A stretch of DNA of 56,962 nucleotides, taken from positions 1-56,962 of the IMG/VR virus record IMGVR_UViG_3300045988_070064. One strand, 5' to 3'. Within the stretch, counting starts at the first letter, position 1, and every line of letters begins with the position of its first letter. Source of the stretch: a virus. The notes under the pieces were generated by a model, which did not search any database, was not told the origin of the DNA, and saw only the letters and a program-made list of their open reading frames with translations. A program made the position numbers and the translations under genes. This document shows positions 44,349-52,582 of this stretch, piece by piece.

Positions 44349-46177
44349 GATATGCACCGTATGAATTTAAGCCGAGCGATGCGTATGATTTTGCCCGGCA
44401 CGTAGGAATCCTTTGTAAGGAACGAGGGGATGAATTGTTTTTCAAGACTTGTCCGTATTGCAAACCAAGAGCGACACGTGGAAATGTCAATACATTTTCC
44501 ATCAATCTCAAAACCGGACAACACAAGTGCTTACGTGCAAGTTGTGGTGTTTCTGGAAACATGATAACTCTTGCAAGAGATTTTGACTTTTCTCTTGGAA
44601 CAGAGATTGACGAATACTACGCACCGAAGAAAAAGTACCGAGAACTTCCCCAACCGAAAGAACCGGTAATTCCAAAACCAGAAGCACTACAGTATTTGGA
44701 AAGCCGCGGAATATCGGAAGAAGTTGCAAAGAGGTACGAAATAACGGTGCAGACAAAAAATCCTAACATTTTGGTGTTTCCGTTTTATGATGAAGTCGGA
44801 AAACTTAAATTTGTTAAGTACCGTAAAACGGATTTTGACAAGACCAAGGATGCCAATAAAGAGTGGTGCGAGTCAAAGACAAAACCTATTTTGTTTGGTA
44901 TGAAACAATGCGACACTAGTTTTAAACGACTTGTAATTGTAGAAGGTCAGATGGATTGTTTGGCAGTTGCTACAGCAGGAATAAACAATGTTGTATCTGT
45001 TCCGACAGGCGCCAAAGGATTTACATGGGTTCCTTATTGTTGGAATTGGCTATGTAAGTGGGAAGAAATCATCGTATTTGGCGATTATGAGAAAGGGTCT
45101 ATATCTTTACTGGATGAACTTTCAAAACGTCTTAAAACGAAGATTAAGCACGTCAGAGAGGAAAATTATCTTGACTGTAAAGACGCAAATGAGATTCTTC
45201 TTAAATATGGCAAGGAACAAGTCATAAAATGCGTTGAGAATGCGATACCGATTCCGGTAGAAAACGTGATTGACCTTGCTGACGTAAAAGACGTGGATCC
45301 GTATTCACTTGAAAAGATACCAACAAGAATACAAGAGGTTGACAAACTCTTGTGTGGCGGCTTGATATTTGGATGTGTCAACTTGATAACTGGGAAATCC
45401 GGAAAAGGTAAATCCACTTTGGCAAGTCAGATTTTAGGAAATGCGATTGATTGTGGCTACAACGTGTTTGCTTATTCCGGGGAGTTGCCGAACTTCCTTT
45501 TTAAGTCCGCTATAGATTTCCAATCCGCTGGTCCGCAGAATGTGATTGAAGAAAATCGTGGCGAGTATGTCCGTCGCTACGTTCGTAAATCAGCCAAAGA
45601 AGAGATTGAAGAGTGGTACCGAGGAAAATGTATGTTATACGACAGAACTATGGTAAATGACGAAGATACCGACCTTTTAAAGACTATTGAACAGATGATT
45701 ATAAGTCAGAATGTAAGAGTGATTCTGATAGACAATCTTATGACGATGATTAGTCAGACGAATGTCAAAGGAAGTAAGTTGGATTCACAAAGCAATATAT
45801 CCCATAAATTAGAGGATATGGCTAGGTTCTACAACGTTTGTATTATTTTGGTAGCGCACAAAAGGAAAGATAGTGGTATTGATGATGAAGATATGGATGA
45901 TTCAATCCGTGGAGATTCCGATATTGTCAATTCCGCAGGGGTAATCATTCATTACAACGTCAACAAGGACGAGGTGGACATGGACGAGTTTCCACGAATT
46001 ATTGCAGTTACCAAGAATCGTGTGTTTGGCAGAACGAATTACAACGGATGGAAAGTGAAGTTTGACGAAAAATCAAAAAGGATTTATGGAAACAATGACG
46101 ACCCGGACTATCTTCTTGGATGGAATAAATCAGACGGATTCGTTCAGACGGAATACGAAGAATCGCCATTTACTTAA
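44345..46177 (+). CDS. Bifunctional primase-helicase (Zn finger + TOPRIM + DnaB/RecA-like)
   Basis: CPYCK...CLRASC zinc site, VIVEGQMDCLAV TOPRIM, GKSGKGKST Walker A, VILIDNLM Walker B. Confidence 0.8.
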   Translation: MRYAPYEFKPSDAYDFARHVGILCKERGDELFFKTCPYCKPRATRGNVNTFSINLKTGQHKCLRASCGVSGNMITLARDFDFSLGTEIDEYYAPKKKYRELPQPKEPVIPKPEALQYLESRGISEEVAKRYEITVQTKNPNILVFPFYDEVGKLKFVKYRKTDFDKTKDANKEWCESKTKPILFGMKQCDTSFKRLVIVEGQMDCLAVATAGINNVVSVPTGAKGFTWVPYCWNWLCKWEEIIVFGDYEKGSISLLDELSKRLKTKIKHVREENYLDCKDANEILLKYGKEQVIKCVENAIPIPVENVIDLADVKDVDPYSLEKIPTRIQEVDKLLCGGLIFGCVNLITGKSGKGKSTLASQILGNAIDCGYNVFAYSGELPNFLFKSAIDFQSAGPQNVIEENRGEYVRRYVRKSAKEEIEEWYRGKCMLYDRTMVNDEDTDLLKTIEQMIISQNVRVILIDNLMTMISQTNVKGSKLDSQSNISHKLEDMARFYNVCIILVAHKRKDSGIDDEDMDDSIRGDSDIVNSAGVIIHYNVNKDEVDMDEFPRIIAVTKNRVFGRTNYNGWKVKFDEKSKRIYGNNDDPDYLLGWNKSDGFVQTEYEESPFT

Positions 46178-46195
46178 TCGAAAGGAGTGGACACC

Positions 46196-46414
46196 ATGTC
46201 AAGTGTGAGAGCGTCAGATATTCCGGAAGAACAAAAAATGTGGACGGATGTCTGGAACTGGAGAAAAAAGTATTACAATCCCGAAAACTCCGATGATTAC
46301 TGGAAACAATTTACGGACGACGGAATATTTTTGGGTGAAAAGTACGGAAAATTGTGCCAAGACATCGTAATTGCGGTTCTTGACGAAGTGAAAGGGCGGT
46401 GGAAAAAATGCTGA
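46196..46414 (+). CDS. Hypothetical protein
   Basis: ATG after AAAGGAG. Confidence 0.55.
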   Translation: MSSVRASDIPEEQKMWTDVWNWRKKYYNPENSDDYWKQFTDDGIFLGEKYGKLCQDIVIAVLDEVKGRWKKC

Positions 46415-46947
46415 CAGAGGAACAAAAGAAACTTGTCGAGGAAAACTATAAATTAGTTCCATACGTGATTTTTAGTGTTATGCACTTAGATGACCTTGAA
46501 GAATGGCATGGATATGCTTGTATTGGGCTTTGTAATGCAGCAGTTTTGTGGGACAAAAAGAAAGGACCATTTGCCACTTATGCGGTAAAGGCTATAAAGA
46601 ACTCAATAATCAGTGAAATAAATTATAACAGGAGACAGTCAAGAAAAATTGACGATGAGAATAAATTGTCGCTGGACTATTGCTATTCGGAAGATGGAAG
46701 TGTAGAAGATGAAACACTACAGTCGATTATCCCAGACAAAAAGAACCCTGATTGGGGAGAAATTTTTGGAATGCGAGAATTGATTGAAATGCTGGATAAC
46801 AGAGAGAAGAGATATATCCTACTTCTTATCAAAGGTTATAGTTTTGCTGAAATTGCAAAATCAGAGGGCGTATCACGTCAATGGGTTCATGCTTGTGTAC
46901 AAGGAGCAAGAAAAAAATTAAAGGAATGGGGTGCTGCTTGTGGTTAG
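46408..46947 (+). CDS. Sigma-70-family (ECF-like) RNA polymerase sigma factor
   Basis: Region 2-like ...YACIGLCNAAVLWDKKKGPFATYAVKAIKNSI; region 4 HTH ...GYSFAEIAKSEGVSRQWVHACVQGARKKL. Confidence 0.7.
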   Translation: MLTEEQKKLVEENYKLVPYVIFSVMHLDDLEEWHGYACIGLCNAAVLWDKKKGPFATYAVKAIKNSIISEINYNRRQSRKIDDENKLSLDYCYSEDGSVEDETLQSIIPDKKNPDWGEIFGMRELIEMLDNREKRYILLLIKGYSFAEIAKSEGVSRQWVHACVQGARKKLKEWGAACG

Positions 46948-47146
46948 AGAAGAAAACGAATGCCGAGACTGTGCGGCACCTGCCTATCTTTGTATGGGAG
47001 ACAGTTGCAGATTCCGTCACGTCAAACATTATTACTGCGATGAATGTGGCTTGGATGAAGATACGTTGTACATACTGGACGGCGAAGAACTTTGCATTGA
47101 ATGCGTAAAGAAAAATTTAGAAAAGAAAGGAATTGATTTTGAATGA
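46931..47146 (+). CDS. Cys-rich zinc-binding small protein
   Basis: CRDC...CMGDSC...YCDECG...CIEC. Confidence 0.5.
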   Translation: MLLVVREENECRDCAAPAYLCMGDSCRFRHVKHYYCDECGLDEDTLYILDGEELCIECVKKNLEKKGIDFE

Positions 47147-47313
47147 CTAACGCAGAAAGAATCAGAAACATGACGGATGATGAGTTAGCAGAGTTTTTGG
47201 CATATAACGCATCCTGTGAAGAATGCTATGTGAAAAAGGATGATTCTTGTTGCTATCCAGACGGAACTTGCAAACAAAAACATCTTGAATGGCTTCAATC
47301 AGAGTCAGAATAG
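47143..47313 (+). CDS. Small Cys-rich ORF (56 aa)
   Basis: ATGA coupling; MTNAERIRNMTDDELAEFL...; below the track cutoff. Confidence 0.5.
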   Translation: MTNAERIRNMTDDELAEFLAYNASCEECYVKKDDSCCYPDGTCKQKHLEWLQSESE

Positions 47314-47321
47314 GAGGAAAT

Positions 47322-47513
47322 ATGAGCAACAATTTAGAATTTATGAAAGAGCATAATTGTAAACATCTAAAAAACTGTAAGTTTGCTAGTGTTGTGAAAT
47401 ATCAGTATTCGGATGATAAAAAAGGATGGTATATACAATTTGGAAATGTGCTTCATGGTATAAAATATTGTCCTTATTGTGGTGTGAGATTGGAGGATGA
47501 AAATGAAAGATAG
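47322..47513 (+). CDS. Small zinc-ribbon protein
   Basis: ATG after TAGGAGG; C-terminal CPYCG. Confidence 0.55.
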   Translation: MSNNLEFMKEHNCKHLKNCKFASVVKYQYSDDKKGWYIQFGNVLHGIKYCPYCGVRLEDENER

Positions 47514-47910
47514 ATATTTATTTAAAGCAAAGCGGATTGATAATGGGGAGTGGGTGCAAGGCTACATGTTTGATGATGGATTTGAAAATGGGAAAATATT
47601 TATAGGTGGGCTTGTTATTGAAGAATATAATGGAACTGCTTGCGATGATTGGAGTATTACTGGTATAGATTTCTATGAAGTAAACCCATCTACAATCTGC
47701 CAATGCACAGGCTTGAAAGACAAGAATGGCAAGTTGATTTGGGAAAATGATATTTTAAAATACGAATGGGATAGAACGAGAATTGATTTCATTAAGTATC
47801 AAGCTCCTATTTTCACCTACTCTAAGACAATGCGCTGGAGTTTGCAACAGGATGAAGTTATTGGCAACATTTTTGACAATCCAGAATTATTAGAAAGTGA
47901 GGTAAAGTAG
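47503..47910 (+). CDS. YopX-family protein
   Basis: ...QCTGLKDKNGKLIWENDIL...VIGNIFDNPELLE. Confidence 0.7.
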   Translation: MKDRYLFKAKRIDNGEWVQGYMFDDGFENGKIFIGGLVIEEYNGTACDDWSITGIDFYEVNPSTICQCTGLKDKNGKLIWENDILKYEWDRTRIDFIKYQAPIFTYSKTMRWSLQQDEVIGNIFDNPELLESEVK

Positions 47911-47911
47911 A

Positions 47912-48124
47912 ATGAATGATTTCATGAAAAAAATTTTTGAAGCCTTTGAAAATGAGTATGGCAAAGGCGAGAAATTGCAAGATGGAGAAATGCAGGTATT
48001 TTTGTTGCAGGATTGTACCGTAGTATTATCTCTTAATGACGGCGAATTAGGTGTAAAAGTAACGGCAGATAAGCCTATCAAATGTGATTTTGCATCTGGT
48101 ATGTTTGTGGAAAGCGAGGAATGA
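47912..48124 (+). CDS. Hypothetical protein
   Basis: 70-aa ORF. Confidence 0.5.
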   Translation: MNDFMKKIFEAFENEYGKGEKLQDGEMQVFLLQDCTVVLSLNDGELGVKVTADKPIKCDFASGMFVESEE

Positions 48125-48127
48125 AAA

Positions 48128-48382
48128 ATGACGATTGACGAAGCAATTGAAAAAAATAGAAAATTTTGTTGTATGAATTGTGACAAATTCAGTTGTAAAG
48201 AATGCAAAGAAACACGAAACCAAATATCGGATTTGTTAGAAGAATTGAAAGCGTACAGGGCGAATGAGGGAATATCGGAAAATGTGTATAGACTTGGCTA
48301 CAAATTCGGCTACAACAAGGCTATTGATGATTTTGTGGAGCAGTTGAAACTAAAACATATTGGAAAAGAAAGCGAGGAATGA
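48128..48382 (+). CDS. Hypothetical protein
   Basis: 84-aa ORF. Confidence 0.5.
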   Translation: MTIDEAIEKNRKFCCMNCDKFSCKECKETRNQISDLLEELKAYRANEGISENVYRLGYKFGYNKAIDDFVEQLKLKHIGKESEE

Positions 48383-48984
48383 TGATGACATTGAATGATT
48401 TGAAAGACGGAATGGTTGTTGTTTTGAGAAATGGAGATCCATACATTGTTTTGAGAAATGTTTTTTATTATGGAGATATTCTTGCAGGGTACAAGAATAT
48501 TTTGGAATTTTATAATACACAAATATCTTTAACCCGTTATAATGCGGATATGACATTTAAGAGTAAAAGTATTGATCCCTTTGACATAATGGAAATATAC
48601 GAAAAACCAGAGGATATTTTTCATGCATTTTTTAAGAAAGGTAAACTCATTTGGGAACGTGAAAAACACAAAGAAGTGACAATGCAGGAGCTTGAAGAAA
48701 AATTCGGGTGTAAAGTAAAAATTGTAGGAAACGAAGAGGAACACAACGATGTTTGGATTCCATGTAGTGAAAGACTACCAGAAAATGATAATGATGTTCT
48801 TTGTTGGTACGAATATAGAATAATGCAAGGCACTCATGAGGGAGAAATGAATCAGAAATTCGAAATCGGATATTATAACAAATATTTTAAAAGATGGGGT
48901 GGCGAAGTTTCTTCTGGACGTGATTGCAAAGTTATCGCATGGAGACCATTACCTGAACCATACAAGGAGGATAAGGAAGAATGA
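48379..48984 (+). CDS. Protein with C-terminal DUF551-like domain
   Basis: VWIPCSERLPENDNDVLCWY...VIAWRPLPEPY. Confidence 0.6.
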   Translation: MMMTLNDLKDGMVVVLRNGDPYIVLRNVFYYGDILAGYKNILEFYNTQISLTRYNADMTFKSKSIDPFDIMEIYEKPEDIFHAFFKKGKLIWEREKHKEVTMQELEEKFGCKVKIVGNEEEHNDVWIPCSERLPENDNDVLCWYEYRIMQGTHEGEMNQKFEIGYYNKYFKRWGGEVSSGRDCKVIAWRPLPEPYKEDKEE

Positions 48985-49163
48985 ATGAAAAACTTAAACC
49001 ATGCCCATTCTGTGGAAACGAAGCGGAAATGTTGAACTATTCAGAAAATGAGTGGCTTGTACATTGCCCTTCTTGTAGTGGCATGGTTGAGCGTTGGAGA
49101 GAGACAGATGTAGAAGCAATAGATCAATGGAACAGGAGGGCAAACGATGGGAAGATTGATTGA
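48981..49163 (+). CDS. Lar-family restriction-alleviation-like protein
   Basis: LKPCPFCGNEAE...VHCPSCSG...EAIDQWNRRA. Confidence 0.65.
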   Translation: MNEKLKPCPFCGNEAEMLNYSENEWLVHCPSCSGMVERWRETDVEAIDQWNRRANDGKID

Positions 49164-49398
49164 CGCAGATGAATTAAAATCCAAGATCCAAAAATCAAAT
49201 TGTAACATCGAACATCTTTGGAAAAAGGTTGTATTGGATGTAATTGACAATTGCAAGACAGCCTATGATGTGGATGAGGTTGTGGAACAGTTGGAAATAT
49301 ATAGCAATAAGGATGAAGCGGAACAACTTGGAACAATTCCAGTAGTGGAGCTTGAAGATGTATTTAAAATCGTGAAAGGCGGTGGAATTTATGAATAG
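49147..49398 (+). CDS. Hypothetical protein
   Basis: 83-aa ORF; MGRLIDADELK... is a common phage N-terminus. Confidence 0.55.
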   Translation: MGRLIDADELKSKIQKSNCNIEHLWKKVVLDVIDNCKTAYDVDEVVEQLEIYSNKDEAEQLGTIPVVELEDVFKIVKGGGIYE

Positions 49399-49837
49399 TA
49401 GATTGACAGGAAAAATACGGAATGTTGATGGTAGTGCTAGTTCTATTAAACCTATTGCAGATGATAAAGGATTTCCTAATAAGTTTGGCTCTGATGTTCT
49501 TACAAAATTAGCAGATTACGAAGATTTAGAAGAACAAGGCAGGCTTTTGAAACTGCCTTGCAAGGTGGGAAATACTGTTTGGGTAATTGCAACACCACTT
49601 TCTGTATCTGAGGTTGTTGCTGTTGAGAAAGGCAAAGATTCTGAATACAAAATATATAAGTGCTATGTTGATTCCGTTTTAATACCTGCTAAAGGAGAAA
49701 TAAAAATGTTTAGAATCATATGCGAAAAAACAAACAACATTGTTAGCGGTTTTATTACCGATCTTTCTTTTGGAAAAGGCATATTCTTAACAAAAGGAGA
49801 AGCGGAGGCGAAACTAAAAGAATTGAAAGGAGAATAA
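49391..49837 (+). CDS. Hypothetical protein
   Basis: ATG after GGCGGTGG. Confidence 0.55.
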   Translation: MNSRLTGKIRNVDGSASSIKPIADDKGFPNKFGSDVLTKLADYEDLEEQGRLLKLPCKVGNTVWVIATPLSVSEVVAVEKGKDSEYKIYKCYVDSVLIPAKGEIKMFRIICEKTNNIVSGFITDLSFGKGIFLTKGEAEAKLKELKGE

Positions 49838-49838
49838 A

Positions 49839-50000
49839 ATGTGCGATTTAATTATAATCTTGTGTACATGGCTTATGATTTTAATTTTGAACTTTGAAAT
49901 TAGAAAGGTGAAAAACGAAGTCATTGTTTTGAGAAAAGCAGTTATTCTTTTATTAAGCATTGAGCAAGATAAAATCAGAAGAATGCCTGGAGGTAAGTAA
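49839..50000 (+). CDS. Small TM ORF (53 aa)
   Basis: GAAAGGAG RBS; hydrophobic N-terminus CDLIIILCTWLMILIL; below the track cutoff. Confidence 0.45.
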   Translation: MCDLIIILCTWLMILILNFEIRKVKNEVIVLRKAVILLLSIEQDKIRRMPGGK

Positions 50001-50001
50001 A

Positions 50002-50388
50002 ATGGCGAGGAACAAAAGAGCGGCTATCCGCAGAGAACAAAAAGAGCATGACAAAAACAAATTGTCGATGAATGAAAAGCAATGGTTTATCAAGCAGACC
50101 GAAAGTGGAATCGGCAAAAGTGCTTTTGAAAAACTCATGCAGAGGTACTATAAGTATGGACACGACAGAGGAATGGAGTTGGCGGCAGGGATAATTTTTC
50201 TTGCGTTGCATGAACATTTTGGATTTGGAACAAAGAGGATTCAAACACTTATGAAGTGCATCTCTGACGAATCCATAAAAATGGATGAAGAGCCAACAAA
50301 ATTCAATGTTAATTGGTACATAAATCAATTAGAAGAAGTTTTGAATGTCAAATTTGAGCAGCAGGAAAATGTGAATCCATTAGACTAG
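50002..50388 (+). CDS. Hypothetical protein
   Basis: ATG 50002 after GGAGG. Confidence 0.6.
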   Translation: MARNKRAAIRREQKEHDKNKLSMNEKQWFIKQTESGIGKSAFEKLMQRYYKYGHDRGMELAAGIIFLALHEHFGFGTKRIQTLMKCISDESIKMDEEPTKFNVNWYINQLEEVLNVKFEQQENVNPLD

Positions 50389-50405
50389 GAGGTGGAAAAG
50401 TAAAA

Positions 50406-50642
50406 ATGTATGATTCAATACACAAGCCGTCTAATTACACGAGAGGTCGAAAATACGAGCCGAAAGATGTAATAAGAGATTGGGGGCTGAATTTTAATCT
50501 TGGTTCTGCCGTGAAGTACATTTCACGGGCAGGACGAAAAGATGACATTGTGCAGGATTTAATGAAAGCAGTAGAGTTTATCAACTTTGAGATTTTGGCA
50601 ATAAGAGAAGAGAATGGAGATAAATGGAATGACGATTTCTAA
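50406..50642 (+). CDS. DUF3310-family protein
   Basis: ...YEPKDVIRDWGLNFNLGSAVKYISRAGRKDD..QDLMKA. Confidence 0.6.
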   Translation: MYDSIHKPSNYTRGRKYEPKDVIRDWGLNFNLGSAVKYISRAGRKDDIVQDLMKAVEFINFEILAIREENGDKWNDDF

Positions 50643-51189
50643 TTTACAAGTATACGGTCTTGGAAACAGTATCAGAGTTTCGAAGTTTCCAATGCAAGTA
50701 GATACTAGCAAGTGCGATTATTCGGTTACAGAAAGAACAAAGTCACTTGCTAATGCGGAAAGAGGATCGGGGCATGATAATTTCCTTTGCGGAATTATTG
50801 TTCAATTTGATTTGACTTTTTCCAACAAAGCATGGATTGAAGCAGAGCGGTATCATTGGTTTGAGATTGTGTCAAGTCAATCTACCATGCACAAAATCAA
50901 TAAGATGGATTTTGATTCGTGTTTTAACGAGTACGTGACAGAAAGTACCAAAAAGGAAATGGAACGTCTTAAAAATGAATATGAACAAAATAAGACACCA
51001 GAGAATTATTTGAGACTTCTGTATAATTGTCCATCTGGAATCCTTATAACTGCCGGAATTAGTACAAACTATCAGCAGTTAAAGACAATTTACGCACAGA
51101 GAAAAAATCACAGATTGCCAGAGTGGCGGGCATTTTGTTATTGGATGGAAAAATTGCCACACAGTGAATTTATTACCGGAAAGGAGTAA
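50629..51189 (+). CDS. Divergent ThyX-like (flavin-dependent thymidylate synthase fold) protein
   Basis: ...HDNFLCGIIVQFDLTFSNKAWIEAERYHWFEIVSSQST aligns by eye to the ThyX H..F.F.....SR....RHR..S..QQSQR block, with RHR replaced by RYH; ATG 50614 is an alternative start. Confidence 0.4.
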   Translation: MTISNLQVYGLGNSIRVSKFPMQVDTSKCDYSVTERTKSLANAERGSGHDNFLCGIIVQFDLTFSNKAWIEAERYHWFEIVSSQSTMHKINKMDFDSCFNEYVTESTKKEMERLKNEYEQNKTPENYLRLLYNCPSGILITAGISTNYQQLKTIYAQRKNHRLPEWRAFCYWMEKLPHSEFITGKE

Positions 51190-51341
51190 TGACAGAATCC
51201 TTGGTAGACCAAGGTTGACCGCCTAAAGGTGCAAAAAGGCGAGAATAAAGCAGATTTTAAATTGCGTGAAAACAAATAAGTAGCATTGGAAGCCGTAAAT
51301 CTGCTATCAACGGAACAAGCAATTCTTGTCGAGTGGTTGTC

Positions 51342-52088
51342 ATGAAACACGTTGTATTATTTAGCGGCGGTGCCGCTAGCAGTTATGTAGCATATTTACT
51401 TACGCAGGATGAAAGCATTGATAAAAAGGATATTGTTCTTCTTCATACTCCAACATTAAGCGAGTGTGCAGATTCTGAAAAATTCAGATTGAAAGTTGCA
51501 AGGTATCTGAAATTGCCAATGACTGTATGGGGCAGGGGCGAAGATATTTGGGATTGTATAGACAGAAATAGTGCGATTCCCGGACAGTTTATGCCATTCT
51601 GCACCCAACAGTTAAAGCAACAAATGAAAGAACAATATTACAAATACCTTAAAAGCATTGGGGAAGATTGGATTGAATACGTTGGATATGGTCCGGATGA
51701 GTGGCGACGCGTCCAAAAATCAATCGCTAGAAATGAAAAATTAGGAAGAAAAGTCAAATTTCCATTGTTTGAAAAGCAAATATCGTCGGATGAATGTAAA
51801 AGAATCATTCAAGACGAATGAAAAATTGAGTTACCGAGTGCCTATAAATCATTAAAGCACAACAATTGCATACCATGCTTTAAGGGCGGTAAAGGCTATT
51901 TCTACGATGTTTGGAAAAACTACCCGGAAGAATACCACCGCGCAATGCAGAAAGAAAAAGAAGTCGGCTACACAGTGTTCAAAGACGTTTCTTTGGAAGA
52001 ACTGGAGCAAAAATTTATCAGCGACAAGGAATGGGAAGATGCACAGATGTCTCTTGAAGACTTTATCCCTTGTGAGTGCTGGACATAA
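51342..52088 (+). CDS. PAPS-reductase-like PP-loop protein interrupted by in-frame TGA (51819-51821)
   Basis: VVLFSGGAASS PP-loop. After the TGA the same frame stays open for 88 codons (KIELPSAYKSLKHNNCIPCFKGGKGYFYDVWKNYPEEY...) with no start or RBS of its own. Confidence 0.6.
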
Positions 52089-52101
52089 AGGAGAATGGCT
52101 T

Positions 52102-52308
52102 ATGAAATTTTCAGATTTCACAAAGCCAGAACTTGAAAAAATTATTTTAAATGCAAACTTTACCGATGATGAAGAACGTATATTTAACTTGCTTTCAAGA
52201 GGTTTCAGTGTTTTAGAAGTATCACAAAAATCTGGAATGAGTGAAAGTAGTGTGTATCGAAGAATCAGAATCATAAAAGTAAAAGTTGAGAAAGTGAGGT
52301 TCCTATGA
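52102..52308 (+). CDS. Sigma-70 region-4-like small HTH (Tn916 orf7-like)
   Basis: AAGGAG RBS; ...FNLLSRGFSVLEVSQKSGMSESSVYRRIRIIK. Confidence 0.55.
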   Translation: MKFSDFTKPELEKIILNANFTDDEERIFNLLSRGFSVLEVSQKSGMSESSVYRRIRIIKVKVEKVRFL

Positions 52309-52502
52309 AAGAAAAGGTTGATATCAAAGACAAATTGTTGCTTACAATAACAGAAGCCGCCGAATACACCAATATTGGAGAACACAAGTTGCGTGATATG
52401 GTGGAAGAAAAAGATTGTAACTACATATTGAGAAAAGGTTCTCATACGTTAATTAAACGAGTTCCTTTTGAAAAGTACCTTTTATCAAAAGAAGTTATTT
52501 GA
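52305..52502 (+). CDS. xis: Excisionase-family DNA-binding protein
   Basis: LLTITEAAEYTNIGEHKLRDMV...; immediately upstream of the integrase gene. Confidence 0.7.
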   Translation: MKEKVDIKDKLLLTITEAAEYTNIGEHKLRDMVEEKDCNYILRKGSHTLIKRVPFEKYLLSKEVI

Positions 52503-52582
52503 TAACTTGCGAAAGAACATTGTGTGTGATAATATTGTTAATACGCAATGTTCTTTCTTTTTCAATCGAAAGGAGACTAGTC

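Noticed and set aside
51250-51304. Purine riboswitch (because of CCGTAAAT)
   Set aside because: Only that octamer resembles the purine-riboswitch L3/P3 region. The three-way junction and the conserved J-strands are not present.
51819-51821. Genome-wide TGA reassignment (code 4/25) or selenocysteine
   Set aside because: Many well-delimited genes end at TGA, often in ATGA overlaps with the next start. No SECIS-like hairpin follows this TGA, and no tRNA-like element carries a UCA loop triplet. Only a local event is proposed.
51852-52445. 197-aa minus-strand ORF
   Set aside because: It is antisense to the PAPS-reductase C-terminal frame, the orf7-like gene and xis, all of which have RBSs and recognisable motifs.
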